From Bellilinea caldifistulae (lineage in GTDB: Bacteria; Chloroflexota; Anaerolineae; Anaerolineales; Anaerolineaceae), in assembly GCF_001306055.1 (NCBI RefSeq), contig NZ_LGHJ01000012.1, positions 210,001-242,000 on the forward strand: a DNA stretch of 32,000 bases, in the 5' to 3' direction. Shown here piece by piece: positions 24,266 to 32,000 of this stretch (positions are counted from its first letter, which is position 1; the number at the start of each line of letters is the position of its first letter). The notes below the pieces were generated by a model, which worked only from the letters and a program-made list of their open reading frames with translations, did not search any database and was not told where the DNA came from. The position numbers and the translations under genes are program-made.

Positions 24266-24838
24266 TCACGCCTTTTCGCCGCAGTCATTGCATTTTGGTT
24301 CATAAAACATCAACGTGCCGCGCACGTCGTAAACAAAGCGACAACAATCCTCAAACATCTTTTTCAGCATCCGCCTGCCGCGCTGTACCCGCGATTTGAC
24401 CGCGGATGGGGAAATTTGCTGGCTTTGCGCAATTTTACTTTGCGCAATTCCCTCGATTTCAGCCAGCAGGATGGCCTCACGGTACTTCTCAGGCAATTCG
24501 TCAATCATTGGCAGCAGACAACAGGCCAGTTCTTTCTCAACGCTTTGCTCTTCCTCTGTCGGCAGCGCGACCAGCCACTCCGGCAAGGGCTGAGAGGGAC
24601 GTTTGGCGCGGTAATAATCCACAATTGCGTTACGGGTGATCTGATAAATCCAGCCTTGCAACCGGGTAGCGTCCTTCAAGGAAGGCAGATTCGAATAAAT
24701 GCGCAGGAAGACCTCTTGCAGAATGTCCTCACTGGTCATCCTGTCCCCCACCCGCTTTTGAATGAAATCCAGCAAGCGGCTTTTATAGGTTGCCCACACA
24801 GTTTCAAACAGGCTCTCAGTGGTCATCTCATTATTCAC
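24266..24838 (-). CDS. ECF-type RNA polymerase sigma factor with C-terminal Cys-rich extension (SigZ/CorE-like)
   Basis: Region 2 (DILQEVFLRIY...WIYQITRNAIVDYYR) and region 4 (LPEKYREAILLAEIEGIAQSKIAQSQQISPSAVKSRVQRGRRML) are present. The tail reads EDCCRFVYDVRGTLMFYEPKCNDCGEKA. The track start at 24838 is GTG; an ATG at 24826 is the alternative. Confidence 0.85.
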   Translation of the reverse strand: MNNEMTTESLFETVWATYKSRLLDFIQKRVGDRMTSEDILQEVFLRIYSNLPSLKDATRLQGWIYQITRNAIVDYYRAKRPSQPLPEWLVALPTEEEQSVEKELACCLLPMIDELPEKYREAILLAEIEGIAQSKIAQSQQISPSAVKSRVQRGRRMLKKMFEDCCRFVYDVRGTLMFYEPKCNDCGEKA

Positions 24839-27800
24839 ACATGCAGGCGGATCGTTTTTATCTCAAACGGGCGAAAATCCAGTTGAATTTCACCGTTTGC
24901 AAAATCGAGCGGTTGGGCACCCTCTTCCAGCAGGTTGGTCTGGCTGGCGGCCTGTACCGGCAGAGCCGTTTTCAACGTGCAACGGGTAGCCGTGCGCATA
25001 CCCTCGTACAAGCGCAGGATGATATCCCCGCTGCCATCCTCCGCCGGTTTGACCGTCTCGATGACGATGTTTTCCTGATCCAGCCTGAACAGGGATACCG
25101 GTTCGGCAGCGGAGGTGCCTTCCACCACCAGCGGCGGCACATTCAAATCATAGGCCTCGCGCAATAAACCGCTTTCCAGCAGACTGCCGTTCCAGTAATA
25201 CACGGCGTAGGTAAAAGTTTGCAAACCGCGGTCGGCGTTCATGTCCGGCGCCATTGCCGATTTCAGCAAACTCAAGTTGATGGTATTACCGCGGGCGCTC
25301 AGGCCGTATTTGCTGTCGTTCAGCACGGCCGCACCGCGCCCTTCTTCAACCAGCGCACTCCATTTGTGATTGCAGATCTCAAAGCGGTCGGCGTCGTACT
25401 GACGCGAGCGGTGATTGGGACGGCGTAAATGCCCAAATTGAATCTCGCTGACTACTTCATTGGTATGCAGGTTGAATGGGAAGGCAACTTTGAGCAGTTT
25501 GTGTCGCTCCTGCCAGTCCACGCAGGTAGCAAAATCAATCCGTCGGCTGCCCCGGCGCAGGGTGATCACCTGTTCGACCGTCGAATGATGCAGCCGGCGG
25601 CGCAGACGCAAACGGGCAGCCAGTCCGCCCTCAGTGAGAACTTCCATTTCAACTGGTTCATCCGTCGCTACCGGCAGCAGTTCGGTCATGCTGTCCAGGT
25701 CCCAGGCATCCCACTTCGTAGGAACATCTTTATAAAGGCACAGGCGGTTAGCCGGCCCGGCCAGTACTTCGCGCCCGGTCTCCTTATCCCACAGGCTGAT
25801 CAGTTCTCCGCGCCGGTTGAAGCGGGCGGTAAGCAGCTCATTTTCCAGCCCAAAACCATCCGCTGCTTTGAAGGCACGTGCCGAAGGGGCTGGGCTTGCA
25901 TCCGCTGGCTGATTGGGAATGGCTGCCCAGCCACAGGGTGGCAATTCAACCTCCACCTCACCTTGCGGAGTGGCAAACAGCGCCCGGCGCGGCCAGGGAA
26001 GCGAGTTGAACGCCGTCCGGCCGGCCCCGCTGCCGCTCAGCAACCGGGCAGCCTGTTGTGCGGTTTGACCGGCAGCCGCCAGAATCTCGGCATAGGCGGC
26101 TTCGGCTTCCTCATAGACGCGGGCAATGGAGGAACCCGGCAGAATATCGTGGAACTGGTGGAGCAGCAGGTTGCGCCACTGCTCCCACAGGGATTGAGGC
26201 GTAAAATCAAAGCCTTGCAGAGCACGAGCCGCACATCCCCACATTTCGGCCTCACGCAGGGCAAATTCACTGCGCCGGTTACCGCGTTTGGTGCGCGCTT
26301 GCGAGGTATAGGTGCCGCGGTGCGCCTGAAAATACAACTCACCCACATAACGTTCTCTGGGCAGACCATGCGCGAATAAATCCTCAAAAAATTCTGCCGG
26401 CGATGCCATCCGCACCCGCGGCAGGCCTTCCAGGTCCTGCACCCGGCGGTAGAATTCCAGATGATCGCGGGTCGGGCCGCCGCCGCCATCCCCCCATCCA
26501 AAGGATTGAATCATCGAATGGATGCCGTTCGCCTGCAGGCGGGTATTCCAACGCTCCATCAGGTTGCGCGGACGCATTTCGCTATTGTAATCGGTGAAGA
26601 TGTGCGCCGGTATGGCGCTGCCGTCAATTCCCTCCCACCAGAAGATGTTATATGGAAACTGCTCACCGCCGTTGTAGGCCCAGGTGATCTTCTGGGTGGC
26701 AAAGCCGATCATGCCGCAGCCCTTGAGGATTTGGGGCAATGCGCCGGAATAACCGAAGACATCCGGCAGCCACAACACGCGGCTGTCCACCCCCAATTCG
26801 TCGCGGAAGAAAGCCCGCCCGTAGAGAATCTGGCGGATCAAACTCTCACCGCCGCTCAGGTTGGTATCGGCCTCCACCCACATACCACCGTCGGCAATTA
26901 CCCGACCTTCACGCACAGCCTGTTTGAAGCGCGCGTAAATCTCCGGGTAATATTGTTGCAGCATCCAGTAAAGGTGCGGCTGGCTCTGTAAAAAGCGAAA
27001 TTCGGGGTATTCCTCAAACAAGGCCAGTTGATTGAGGACGGTTGCAGCCATTTTACGCTGTGTATGCACCAGCGGCCACAGCCAGGCCACGTCAATGTGG
27101 GCGTGTCCAAAGGCGAACAGGGTCGGCATCGTCGGGCCATTGCGCTTTTCCAGCACGGGGCGCATTCGCTCACGTCCGGCACGGATAGTTTCCAGCATCT
27201 CTTCTTCGGGTAATTCCGGGTCAATCAGCAGGGTTGCGTCCATCAGGGCTTCGTCAATCTGACAGGCGCGCAGGCTGCGCGGATCGAGAAGCTGGCTGAG
27301 ATCGAACAGCGTGGAAAAGTCCACCGCCGCCTGATAAATTTCCTCCCGCCAGATACCCACGCTCGAATCGCCCACCACACACTGGGTCGGGCCCGGCTCC
27401 GGTACCGATTCGACCCCATCCGGGTAGGGGCCATCCCCCACCGTAATGTGACCATGGCCGGCGTAGGATTCGAGCAATATCTCAAAGCGCTGACCGGCGG
27501 CTGCCTGCCGAGTCAGGGTGATTTCGGTGTGTCCCCACCCAAACGACCCGGCCGGCTGACCGTTGATCCACACCACACTCTCCACCCCGCCGGTATTAAT
27601 GCGAATGACCACCCGCTTGCCCTCCGCTTCGGGTGATATGGTTACCAGCGTGCGAAACCAGCCGTACTCCCACTTGGCGCCCCACGCCGTGCCGGGAGGC
27701 ATGGGGGAAAAGGTACGCTGCAGGGCCTGCTGAGGGGTGAGATGCTCGGTTGTGGCAAAACCCTCTAAATACAGGGTTTGAAGGGGGCGGTAACAGGCAT

Positions 27801-27858
27801 TCCACAGGGCTTTTTCCCACAATTCGATACGGTGTTTCCACTCAATTGTCAGCGCCAT
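24835..27858 (-). CDS. glycoside hydrolase family 38 alpha-mannosidase
   Basis: Track ORF 24835..27885 starts with TTG. The ATG at 27858 follows GAGGAG by 9 nt. About 1007 aa, with the GH38 N-terminal catalytic pattern (FAFGHAHIDVAWLWP...), a central domain (HDILPGSSI) and a C-terminal beta-sandwich region. Confidence 0.9.
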   Translation of the reverse strand: MALTIEWKHRIELWEKALWNACYRPLQTLYLEGFATTEHLTPQQALQRTFSPMPPGTAWGAKWEYGWFRTLVTISPEAEGKRVVIRINTGGVESVVWINGQPAGSFGWGHTEITLTRQAAAGQRFEILLESYAGHGHITVGDGPYPDGVESVPEPGPTQCVVGDSSVGIWREEIYQAAVDFSTLFDLSQLLDPRSLRACQIDEALMDATLLIDPELPEEEMLETIRAGRERMRPVLEKRNGPTMPTLFAFGHAHIDVAWLWPLVHTQRKMAATVLNQLALFEEYPEFRFLQSQPHLYWMLQQYYPEIYARFKQAVREGRVIADGGMWVEADTNLSGGESLIRQILYGRAFFRDELGVDSRVLWLPDVFGYSGALPQILKGCGMIGFATQKITWAYNGGEQFPYNIFWWEGIDGSAIPAHIFTDYNSEMRPRNLMERWNTRLQANGIHSMIQSFGWGDGGGGPTRDHLEFYRRVQDLEGLPRVRMASPAEFFEDLFAHGLPRERYVGELYFQAHRGTYTSQARTKRGNRRSEFALREAEMWGCAARALQGFDFTPQSLWEQWRNLLLHQFHDILPGSSIARVYEEAEAAYAEILAAAGQTAQQAARLLSGSGAGRTAFNSLPWPRRALFATPQGEVEVELPPCGWAAIPNQPADASPAPSARAFKAADGFGLENELLTARFNRRGELISLWDKETGREVLAGPANRLCLYKDVPTKWDAWDLDSMTELLPVATDEPVEMEVLTEGGLAARLRLRRRLHHSTVEQVITLRRGSRRIDFATCVDWQERHKLLKVAFPFNLHTNEVVSEIQFGHLRRPNHRSRQYDADRFEICNHKWSALVEEGRGAAVLNDSKYGLSARGNTINLSLLKSAMAPDMNADRGLQTFTYAVYYWNGSLLESGLLREAYDLNVPPLVVEGTSAAEPVSLFRLDQENIVIETVKPAEDGSGDIILRLYEGMRTATRCTLKTALPVQAASQTNLLEEGAQPLDFANGEIQLDFRPFEIKTIRLHV

Positions 27859-28045
27859 GCCAAAAGTCTCCTCGGAAGGTATCAATAACCCCGATTATAC
27901 CGGTTGGACTGGAAAACCGTCAAAACCCATCGAAAAATTCCCGCACCTTTGCAGCCCGCTGTGGATAAAGAGTCAACCACAGGTGACCGATGAGGATTCC
28001 GAAATCACCCCCTATGGATTAGAAAACCTTAATCTTTCTCTTGTA

Positions 28046-28062
28046 TTGAAAATCATTTTCAA
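28046..28062. promoter_or_regulatory. Zur box upstream of zur (perfect 8-1-8 palindrome)
   Basis: TTGAAAAT-C-ATTTTCAA. The core TGAAAATCATTTTCA is the palindrome type I recall for actinobacterial Zur operators. It fills the spacer of a candidate promoter, TTGTAT(28041-46)-17-TAAAAT(28064-69). Confidence 0.6.
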
Positions 28063-28078
28063 TTAAAATGATACCGTT

Positions 28079-28510
28079 ATGCAAACTTCTGATCTGATCA
28101 AAAACTGGCTGGAACAATTGCAGGCTTCCGGCTACCGCGTGACCGAACCGCGCCGCGCGATTGTCGAGCTGGTCGCCACGGCAGACCACGCCCTCAGCCC
28201 AATTGAGATCTACGACAGCGGCCGCAGGGAATATCCCCGGCTGGGGCTGGTAACCGTTTATCGCACGCTGGAACGGCTGGAAGAACTGGGGCTGGTTCAG
28301 CGCGTCCACAGCCCGGATGGCTGCCACCGCTACCTGCGCGCCTTTGAAGGCCACCAGCACTTGTTAATCTGCACGCGCTGCGGGCGGGTGGAGATGTTTG
28401 CGGGGGATGATCTTGATCCGCTGGCACGCCGGGTTGAACAGGCAACCGGTTATCAGGTGGAGGAACACTGGCTGCAATTGTTTGGTGTTTGTCCGCTCTG
28501 TCATGCCTGA
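28079..28510 (+). CDS. zur: Fur-family transcriptional regulator, probably zinc uptake regulator
   Basis: 143 aa with a winged-helix N-domain (RVTEPRRAIVELV...VTVYRTLERLEELGLV), metal sites HxH, CTRCG and CPLCH, and position directly upstream of znuACB. Confidence 0.85.
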   Translation: MQTSDLIKNWLEQLQASGYRVTEPRRAIVELVATADHALSPIEIYDSGRREYPRLGLVTVYRTLERLEELGLVQRVHSPDGCHRYLRAFEGHQHLLICTRCGRVEMFAGDDLDPLARRVEQATGYQVEEHWLQLFGVCPLCHA

Positions 28511-28530
28511 TTTTTTTATATGCCACTAAA

Positions 28531-28557
28531 TGAAAATGATTATCATTACTATTTTCA
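28531..28557. promoter_or_regulatory. Zur box region upstream of znuA
   Basis: TGAAAATGATTATCA (28531-45) matches the palindrome TGAAAAT-N-ATTTTCA at 14 of 15 positions. It contains the perfect palindrome AATGAT-T-ATCATT (28535-47). An outer TGAAAAT...ATTTTCA inverted pair ends at 28557. The region lies 18-44 nt upstream of the znuA start. Confidence 0.55.
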
Positions 28558-28574
28558 ATCAAGGAGAGAACGCG

Positions 28575-29549
28575 ATGAAACAGATTCTATTACCCCTTCT
28601 GCTCGTTCTGACGCTTGCGCTGAGCGCCTGCACACCGGCTGCCACATCCACTCCTCCACCGGCGGCTGGTCAGCCGCAACCCTTTCAAGTGGTGGCGACC
28701 ACTTCGATTGTCGCCGATGTGGTCAAAAACGTCGGCGGAGAGCGCGTTTCGGTGACTACGCTGCTGCCCATCGGAAGCGATGTCCACACCTACGAACCAA
28801 CTCCCCAGGATCTGGCTAAAGTGGCCGATGCCCAACTGGTGTTTGTCAACGGCGCCGGCCTGGAGGAATTTCTGAACGTCCTGATCGAGAATGCCGGTTC
28901 AGCCGACAGGGTGGTGGAAGTTTCGCACGGGATCGAACTGAAAGATTTCGGCGCACACGATCATGAACACGGCGACGAAGGTGAAGATCATGCTCACGAA
29001 GGTGAAGATCACGCTCACGAGGGCGGTGACCCGCACACCTGGACAGATCCCAATCTTGTCAAAATATGGGTGGAAAACATCCGCGCTGCGCTGACGGCAG
29101 CCGACCCGGCCAATGAAGCGGCTTACCGCGCCAATGCCGAAGCCTACCTCAAGCAGCTCGATGAGATTGACGCCTGGATTCGCGAACAGGTTGCCCAGAT
29201 TCCTCTCGAAAACCGCAAACTGGTCACCGATCACTTGCTGTTCGGTTATTTTGCAGAGCGCTACGGCTTTGAGCAAATTGGCGCAATCATCCCCGGTTAC
29301 AGCACCGCCGCCCAGCCCACCGCCCAGGAAATCGCCGCCATTGAGGATGCCATTCGCGAATTTGGGGTGAAAGCCGTCTTTGTCGGGAAAACCGTGAATC
29401 CCAATCTTGCTCAGCGGGTTGCCGAAGACACCGGCATTCAGCTGGTTGGCCTGTATCACGGATCGCTCTCCCAACCCGGCGGGGAGGCGGCGACTTATCT
29501 GGATTACTTACGGTATAATGTAAGCCAGATGGTCAACGCTTTAAAGTGA
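28575..29549 (+). CDS. znuA: zinc ABC transporter substrate-binding lipoprotein with His/acidic-rich loop
   Basis: Track ORF 28530..29549. The ATG at 28575 follows AAGGAGAG. The signal peptide has a lipobox, LALSAC. It has the cluster-9 (TroA/ZnuA) fold pattern and the loop HDHEHGDEGEDHAHEGEDHAHEGGDPH. Confidence 0.88.
   Translation: MKQILLPLLLVLTLALSACTPAATSTPPPAAGQPQPFQVVATTSIVADVVKNVGGERVSVTTLLPIGSDVHTYEPTPQDLAKVADAQLVFVNGAGLEEFLNVLIENAGSADRVVEVSHGIELKDFGAHDHEHGDEGEDHAHEGEDHAHEGGDPHTWTDPNLVKIWVENIRAALTAADPANEAAYRANAEAYLKQLDEIDAWIREQVAQIPLENRKLVTDHLLFGYFAERYGFEQIGAIIPGYSTAAQPTAQEIAAIEDAIREFGVKAVFVGKTVNPNLAQRVAEDTGIQLVGLYHGSLSQPGGEAATYLDYLRYNVSQMVNALK
28977..29018 (+). repeat. in-frame tandem duplication, 2 x 21 bp, encoding EGEDHAH twice
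   Basis: gaaggtgaagatcatgctcac followed by gaaggtgaagatcacgctcac, with one synonymous difference, inside the ZnuA His-rich loop. Confidence 0.85.
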
Positions 29550-29560
29550 AAGCCGCTTGA

Positions 29561-30415
29561 ATGGGTCTGTTTCGTAATTTAGAGAAGTCAAAACTGGTCA
29601 TCCTGCCCCGGCTTCATGCCCATGAAGCCGGGAAACCAATTTTGCGCCTGCAAAATGTGACCGTTCAGTATGAATCCGGTCGGGCATTGGATGACATCAC
29701 CTTTGAACTGCGGCGTGGTGAGCGGTTGGCGGTGCTCGGCCCGAACGGAGCGGGTAAAAGCACCCTCTTCAAGGTGATTGCCGGTGTACTGCGCCCCACC
29801 AACGGTGTGGTCGAGGTGGCCGGTTCCGAACCGGATGGCCACATCTGCATTGCCTATGTTCCGCAGCGCAGTCAGGTGGATTGGAACTTTCCGCTGCGGG
29901 TCAGCGATGTGGTGATGATGGGGCGGGTTGGTAAAATCGGTTTGCTGCGCCGTCCCACGGCGGCTGACCGGCAGATTGTCAAACGCGCTCTCGAAACAGT
30001 CGGTATGCAGGAGCTCGCAAACCGTCAAATTGGCCAGCTTTCCGGCGGACAGCAGCAGCGCATGTTCATTGCCCGCGCCCTGGCGCAGGAAGCCGAATTG
30101 ATGTTGATGGATGAACCGTTCACCGGACTGGATCTGCCGGCACAGGAAGAACTCTTCCGCATTCTGGACGCTCTACGCGGTCAGGGTGTGACCGTTATGG
30201 TCGCCCTGCATGATTTGCAAACCGCTGCTGAACGGTTCGACCGCGTCATGCTGCTCAACCGCCGGTTGATCGGCCTTGGAACCGCCGAACAAATCTTCAC
30301 TCCCGAACATCTGTTGACGGCTTACGGCGGTCATCTCCGCCTGATTCCATCGCGGGAAGGGTTGATCGCACTGGGGGATACCTGCTGCGACGAGGGAGAG
30401 CATGACCATCTTTGA
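29561..30415 (+). CDS. znuC: zinc/manganese ABC transporter ATP-binding protein
   Basis: Walker A GPNGAGKST, signature LSGGQQQR, Walker B LMLMDEP and H-loop ALHD. The N-terminal ~25 aa extension makes the exact start uncertain. Confidence 0.88.
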   Translation: MGLFRNLEKSKLVILPRLHAHEAGKPILRLQNVTVQYESGRALDDITFELRRGERLAVLGPNGAGKSTLFKVIAGVLRPTNGVVEVAGSEPDGHICIAYVPQRSQVDWNFPLRVSDVVMMGRVGKIGLLRRPTAADRQIVKRALETVGMQELANRQIGQLSGGQQQRMFIARALAQEAELMLMDEPFTGLDLPAQEELFRILDALRGQGVTVMVALHDLQTAAERFDRVMLLNRRLIGLGTAEQIFTPEHLLTAYGGHLRLIPSREGLIALGDTCCDEGEHDHL

Positions 30416-31247
30416 AATCTTGCTGCAACCCTTGCAGTACGCCTTTATGCAGCGCGGCATGCTGGCCGCTGTGCTGGTGGGGATCGTCTGCGCGGTGGTG
30501 GGTGTGTTTGTTGTCCTGCGCGGCATGGCTTTCTTTGGTGATGCCCTCGCCCATGCCATTTTACCGGGCGTTGCCGTCGGCTACCTGCTCGGCGGGGGGG
30601 CACGCGGGCCGCTCTTCTGGTGGGGGCTGCTGACCGGCGTTTTTGCCGCCCTCGGAATTGGCACCATCAGCCGCAGCGCACGGATTAAGGAAGACACGGC
30701 AATTGGAATCATCTTTGCCGGAATGTTTGCGCTCGGCATTGCCCTGATCTCCTCGGTGCGCAGTTACACGGCTGACCTCGCCCATTTCCTGTTTGGGGAT
30801 GTCCTGGGCGTGCGTACACCCGACCTGCTCCTGACCGCCGCCTTTGGAGCCGCCATCCTGCTGATCATCTTTTTGCTGTACAAGGAATTTGTCGTCCTCT
30901 CCTTTGACCCCGTCCTGGCAGCCACCCTGCGCCTCCCGGCTCGTCTGCTGGATTATCTGCTGATGGTGCTGATTGCGATTGCCATTGTGGTTTCCCTGCA
31001 AACTGTGGGGGTCGCCCTGATGGTCGCCATGCTGGTCACCCCGGCGGCGGCCGCCTCACTGCTCACCCGTCGCCTGCCGGTGATGATGGCTCTGGCAGCC
31101 CTGATCGCTTCACTTTCCGGCATCACTGGGCTGTATCTCTCGTACTACCTCAACATTGCCTCCGGCGCGGCAATTGTTTTAACCTGCACCGCTTTCTTTG
31201 GGATCGTGTGGATCATCACCGGGCTGGGGCGCAAAAGCCTTCAGTAG
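30402..31247 (+). CDS. znuB: zinc/manganese ABC transporter permease
   Basis: 281 aa with about 8 TM helices and the ABC-3 family pattern (FMQRGMLAA..., FFGDALAHAILPGVA). It overlaps znuC by 14 nt. Confidence 0.88.
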   Translation: MTIFEILLQPLQYAFMQRGMLAAVLVGIVCAVVGVFVVLRGMAFFGDALAHAILPGVAVGYLLGGGARGPLFWWGLLTGVFAALGIGTISRSARIKEDTAIGIIFAGMFALGIALISSVRSYTADLAHFLFGDVLGVRTPDLLLTAAFGAAILLIIFLLYKEFVVLSFDPVLAATLRLPARLLDYLLMVLIAIAIVVSLQTVGVALMVAMLVTPAAAASLLTRRLPVMMALAALIASLSGITGLYLSYYLNIASGAAIVLTCTAFFGIVWIITGLGRKSLQ

Positions 31248-31354
31248 GCAAAATTGTTCCTGAACAGGGGCGGGGAAAATTTCCCCCCTGCCGAGGAAAA
31301 GTCCATCTGTAGACCAACTTTCTCCATATTCATCAAGGAATTGACCCGCCCGCC

Positions 31355-32000
31355 TTGTCCGCCAGCCTGATCACCGTCCCCTATTGCGTGCCGTATTACG
31401 CCCAAATTGCCAGCCCATGGCTGGCGAATGCCTTTTTTGAAAAAGGTCTGAACCGGGCCCTCGACCCCCACTGGGGCGAAAGCGGTGCATACACATTGGA
31501 AGAATACCTTTACTGGACAAACCGCGCCTGCGGAGCCGCCTGTGTCAAAATGGCGGTCGAGGCTCTGGGGGGTGAACGGCAGCCGCTGATCGAATGGGCA
31601 AGGCGCGGCGTCCGCCTGGGCGGCTACCTGAGCGAAAAACGACCGGATGGCAGCCGTGCCGAACGTGGCTGGCTGCACACCGCCCTGTCCGAACTCATCC
31701 GCCGGGCAGGCTTCTTTGCCGAAGCCCGGCCGCTCACCCTCAAAGAGTTTTTAGCCATCCTCGCTGGCGGCGGGATGATCATTGCCTCGGTTTCCCATGA
31801 AATCGGAACAAACCGGACCATCACCCAACGCGGCGGTCATCTCGTGCTGGTGTTTGGCGCATGGGTGGAAGAAAACGATGTGGCTGCGCTGGTACTGCAC
31901 AACCCCTCCGGGCGCACACCGGCACTGCAGGTCGCGGCTCAAATCCCGGCAGAACGTTTTGCTACGGCTTACACCGGACGGGGGATTGCCATCCGCTCCA
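31355..32000 (+). CDS. peptidase C39-like (papain-fold) domain protein, truncated by the window end; start uncertain
   Basis: Absent from the ORF track because there is no in-window stop. The frame is open from the TAG at 31308-31310 to the window end. It reads ...VPYCVPYYAQIASPWLANAFF...YWTNRACGAACVKMAVEALGG...GGHLVLVFGAWVE..., giving Q / CGxAC / GH spacing like C39_2-type peptidases. There is no in-frame ATG near the 5' end; candidate starts are TTG 31355 and GTG 31388. Confidence 0.6.
   Translation, partial: MSASLITVPYCVPYYAQIASPWLANAFFEKGLNRALDPHWGESGAYTLEEYLYWTNRACGAACVKMAVEALGGERQPLIEWARRGVRLGGYLSEKRPDGSRAERGWLHTALSELIRRAGFFAEARPLTLKEFLAILAGGGMIIASVSHEIGTNRTITQRGGHLVLVFGAWVEENDVAALVLHNPSGRTPALQVAAQIPAERFATAYTGRGIAIRS

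Noticed and set aside
25429-26379. 316-aa + strand ORF, plus other + strand ORFs between 24790 and 27968.
   Set aside because: All lie antisense inside the 3-kb GH38 mannosidase gene. Their composition is Arg/Gly/Pro-rich and no domain is recognisable.
31265-31290. GC-rich imperfect hairpin (CAGGGGCGGGGA...TCCCCCCTG) after znuB, considered as a terminator.
   Set aside because: The stem has a bulge and G-U pairs, and no U-tract follows on the + strand. It is too weak to call.
31241-31678. 145-aa minus-strand ORF after znuB.
   Set aside because: The + strand frame across the same region encodes a coherent C39-like peptidase pattern and stays open to the window end. The minus ORF is Ala/Gly/Pro-rich with no motif.
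1-32000. A search by eye of all intergenic regions for tRNA, rRNA, CRISPR repeats, riboswitch-like leaders and IS-element termini.
   Set aside because: Intergenic regions are short, at most about 220 bp. They contain only the promoters, operators and hairpins listed. No periodic direct repeats or cloverleaf-compatible sequences were seen.

Overview
This is a bacterial chromosomal window with about 30 protein-coding genes. I saw no rRNA, tRNA, CRISPR array, transposase or integrase. Most genes are GC-rich: hand counts of single 60-nt lines give about 60-65% G+C. Gene content suggests a Chloroflexota/Anaerolineae-like organism, which is inference only.

Layout:
- 1-4190 (-): 2-oxo acid dehydrogenase operon, E1 alpha, E1 beta, E2 and a truncated E3 (lpdA).
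- 4291-5637 (-): FprA/adrenodoxin-reductase-like flavoprotein.
- 5741-11153 (+): tightly coupled operon of a membrane protein, an active plus inactive M16 peptidase pair, acpS, a metallophosphoesterase and a ParB/Srx-like protein.
- 11117-12271 (-): visibly AT-rich two-gene cassette, a degenerate FtsK/HerA-like P-loop protein plus an 85-aa protein. It is driven by a perfect TTGACA-17-TATAAT promoter whose spacer holds a LexA (Cheo)-like box.
- 12382-15544 (+): frr, uppS, cdsA, glpX.
- 15645-16355 (-): SIMPL lipoprotein.
- 16497-19566 (-): four-gene operon of two LiaF-like toastrack proteins interleaved with two polytopic membrane proteins.
- 19764-23267: DUF3048 lipoprotein, DUF2085, DUF4126 and a polytopic membrane protein.
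- 23383-27858 (-): arsM, a Cys-tailed ECF sigma factor (SigZ/CorE-like) and a GH38 alpha-mannosidase.
- 28079-31247 (+): zur-znuACB with two Zur boxes.
- 31355-32000 (+): truncated C39-like peptidase.

The best candidates for something new are the possibly damage-inducible FtsK-like cassette and the orphan toastrack membrane operon. All functional calls rest on reading motifs in the translations by eye. No database search was run.
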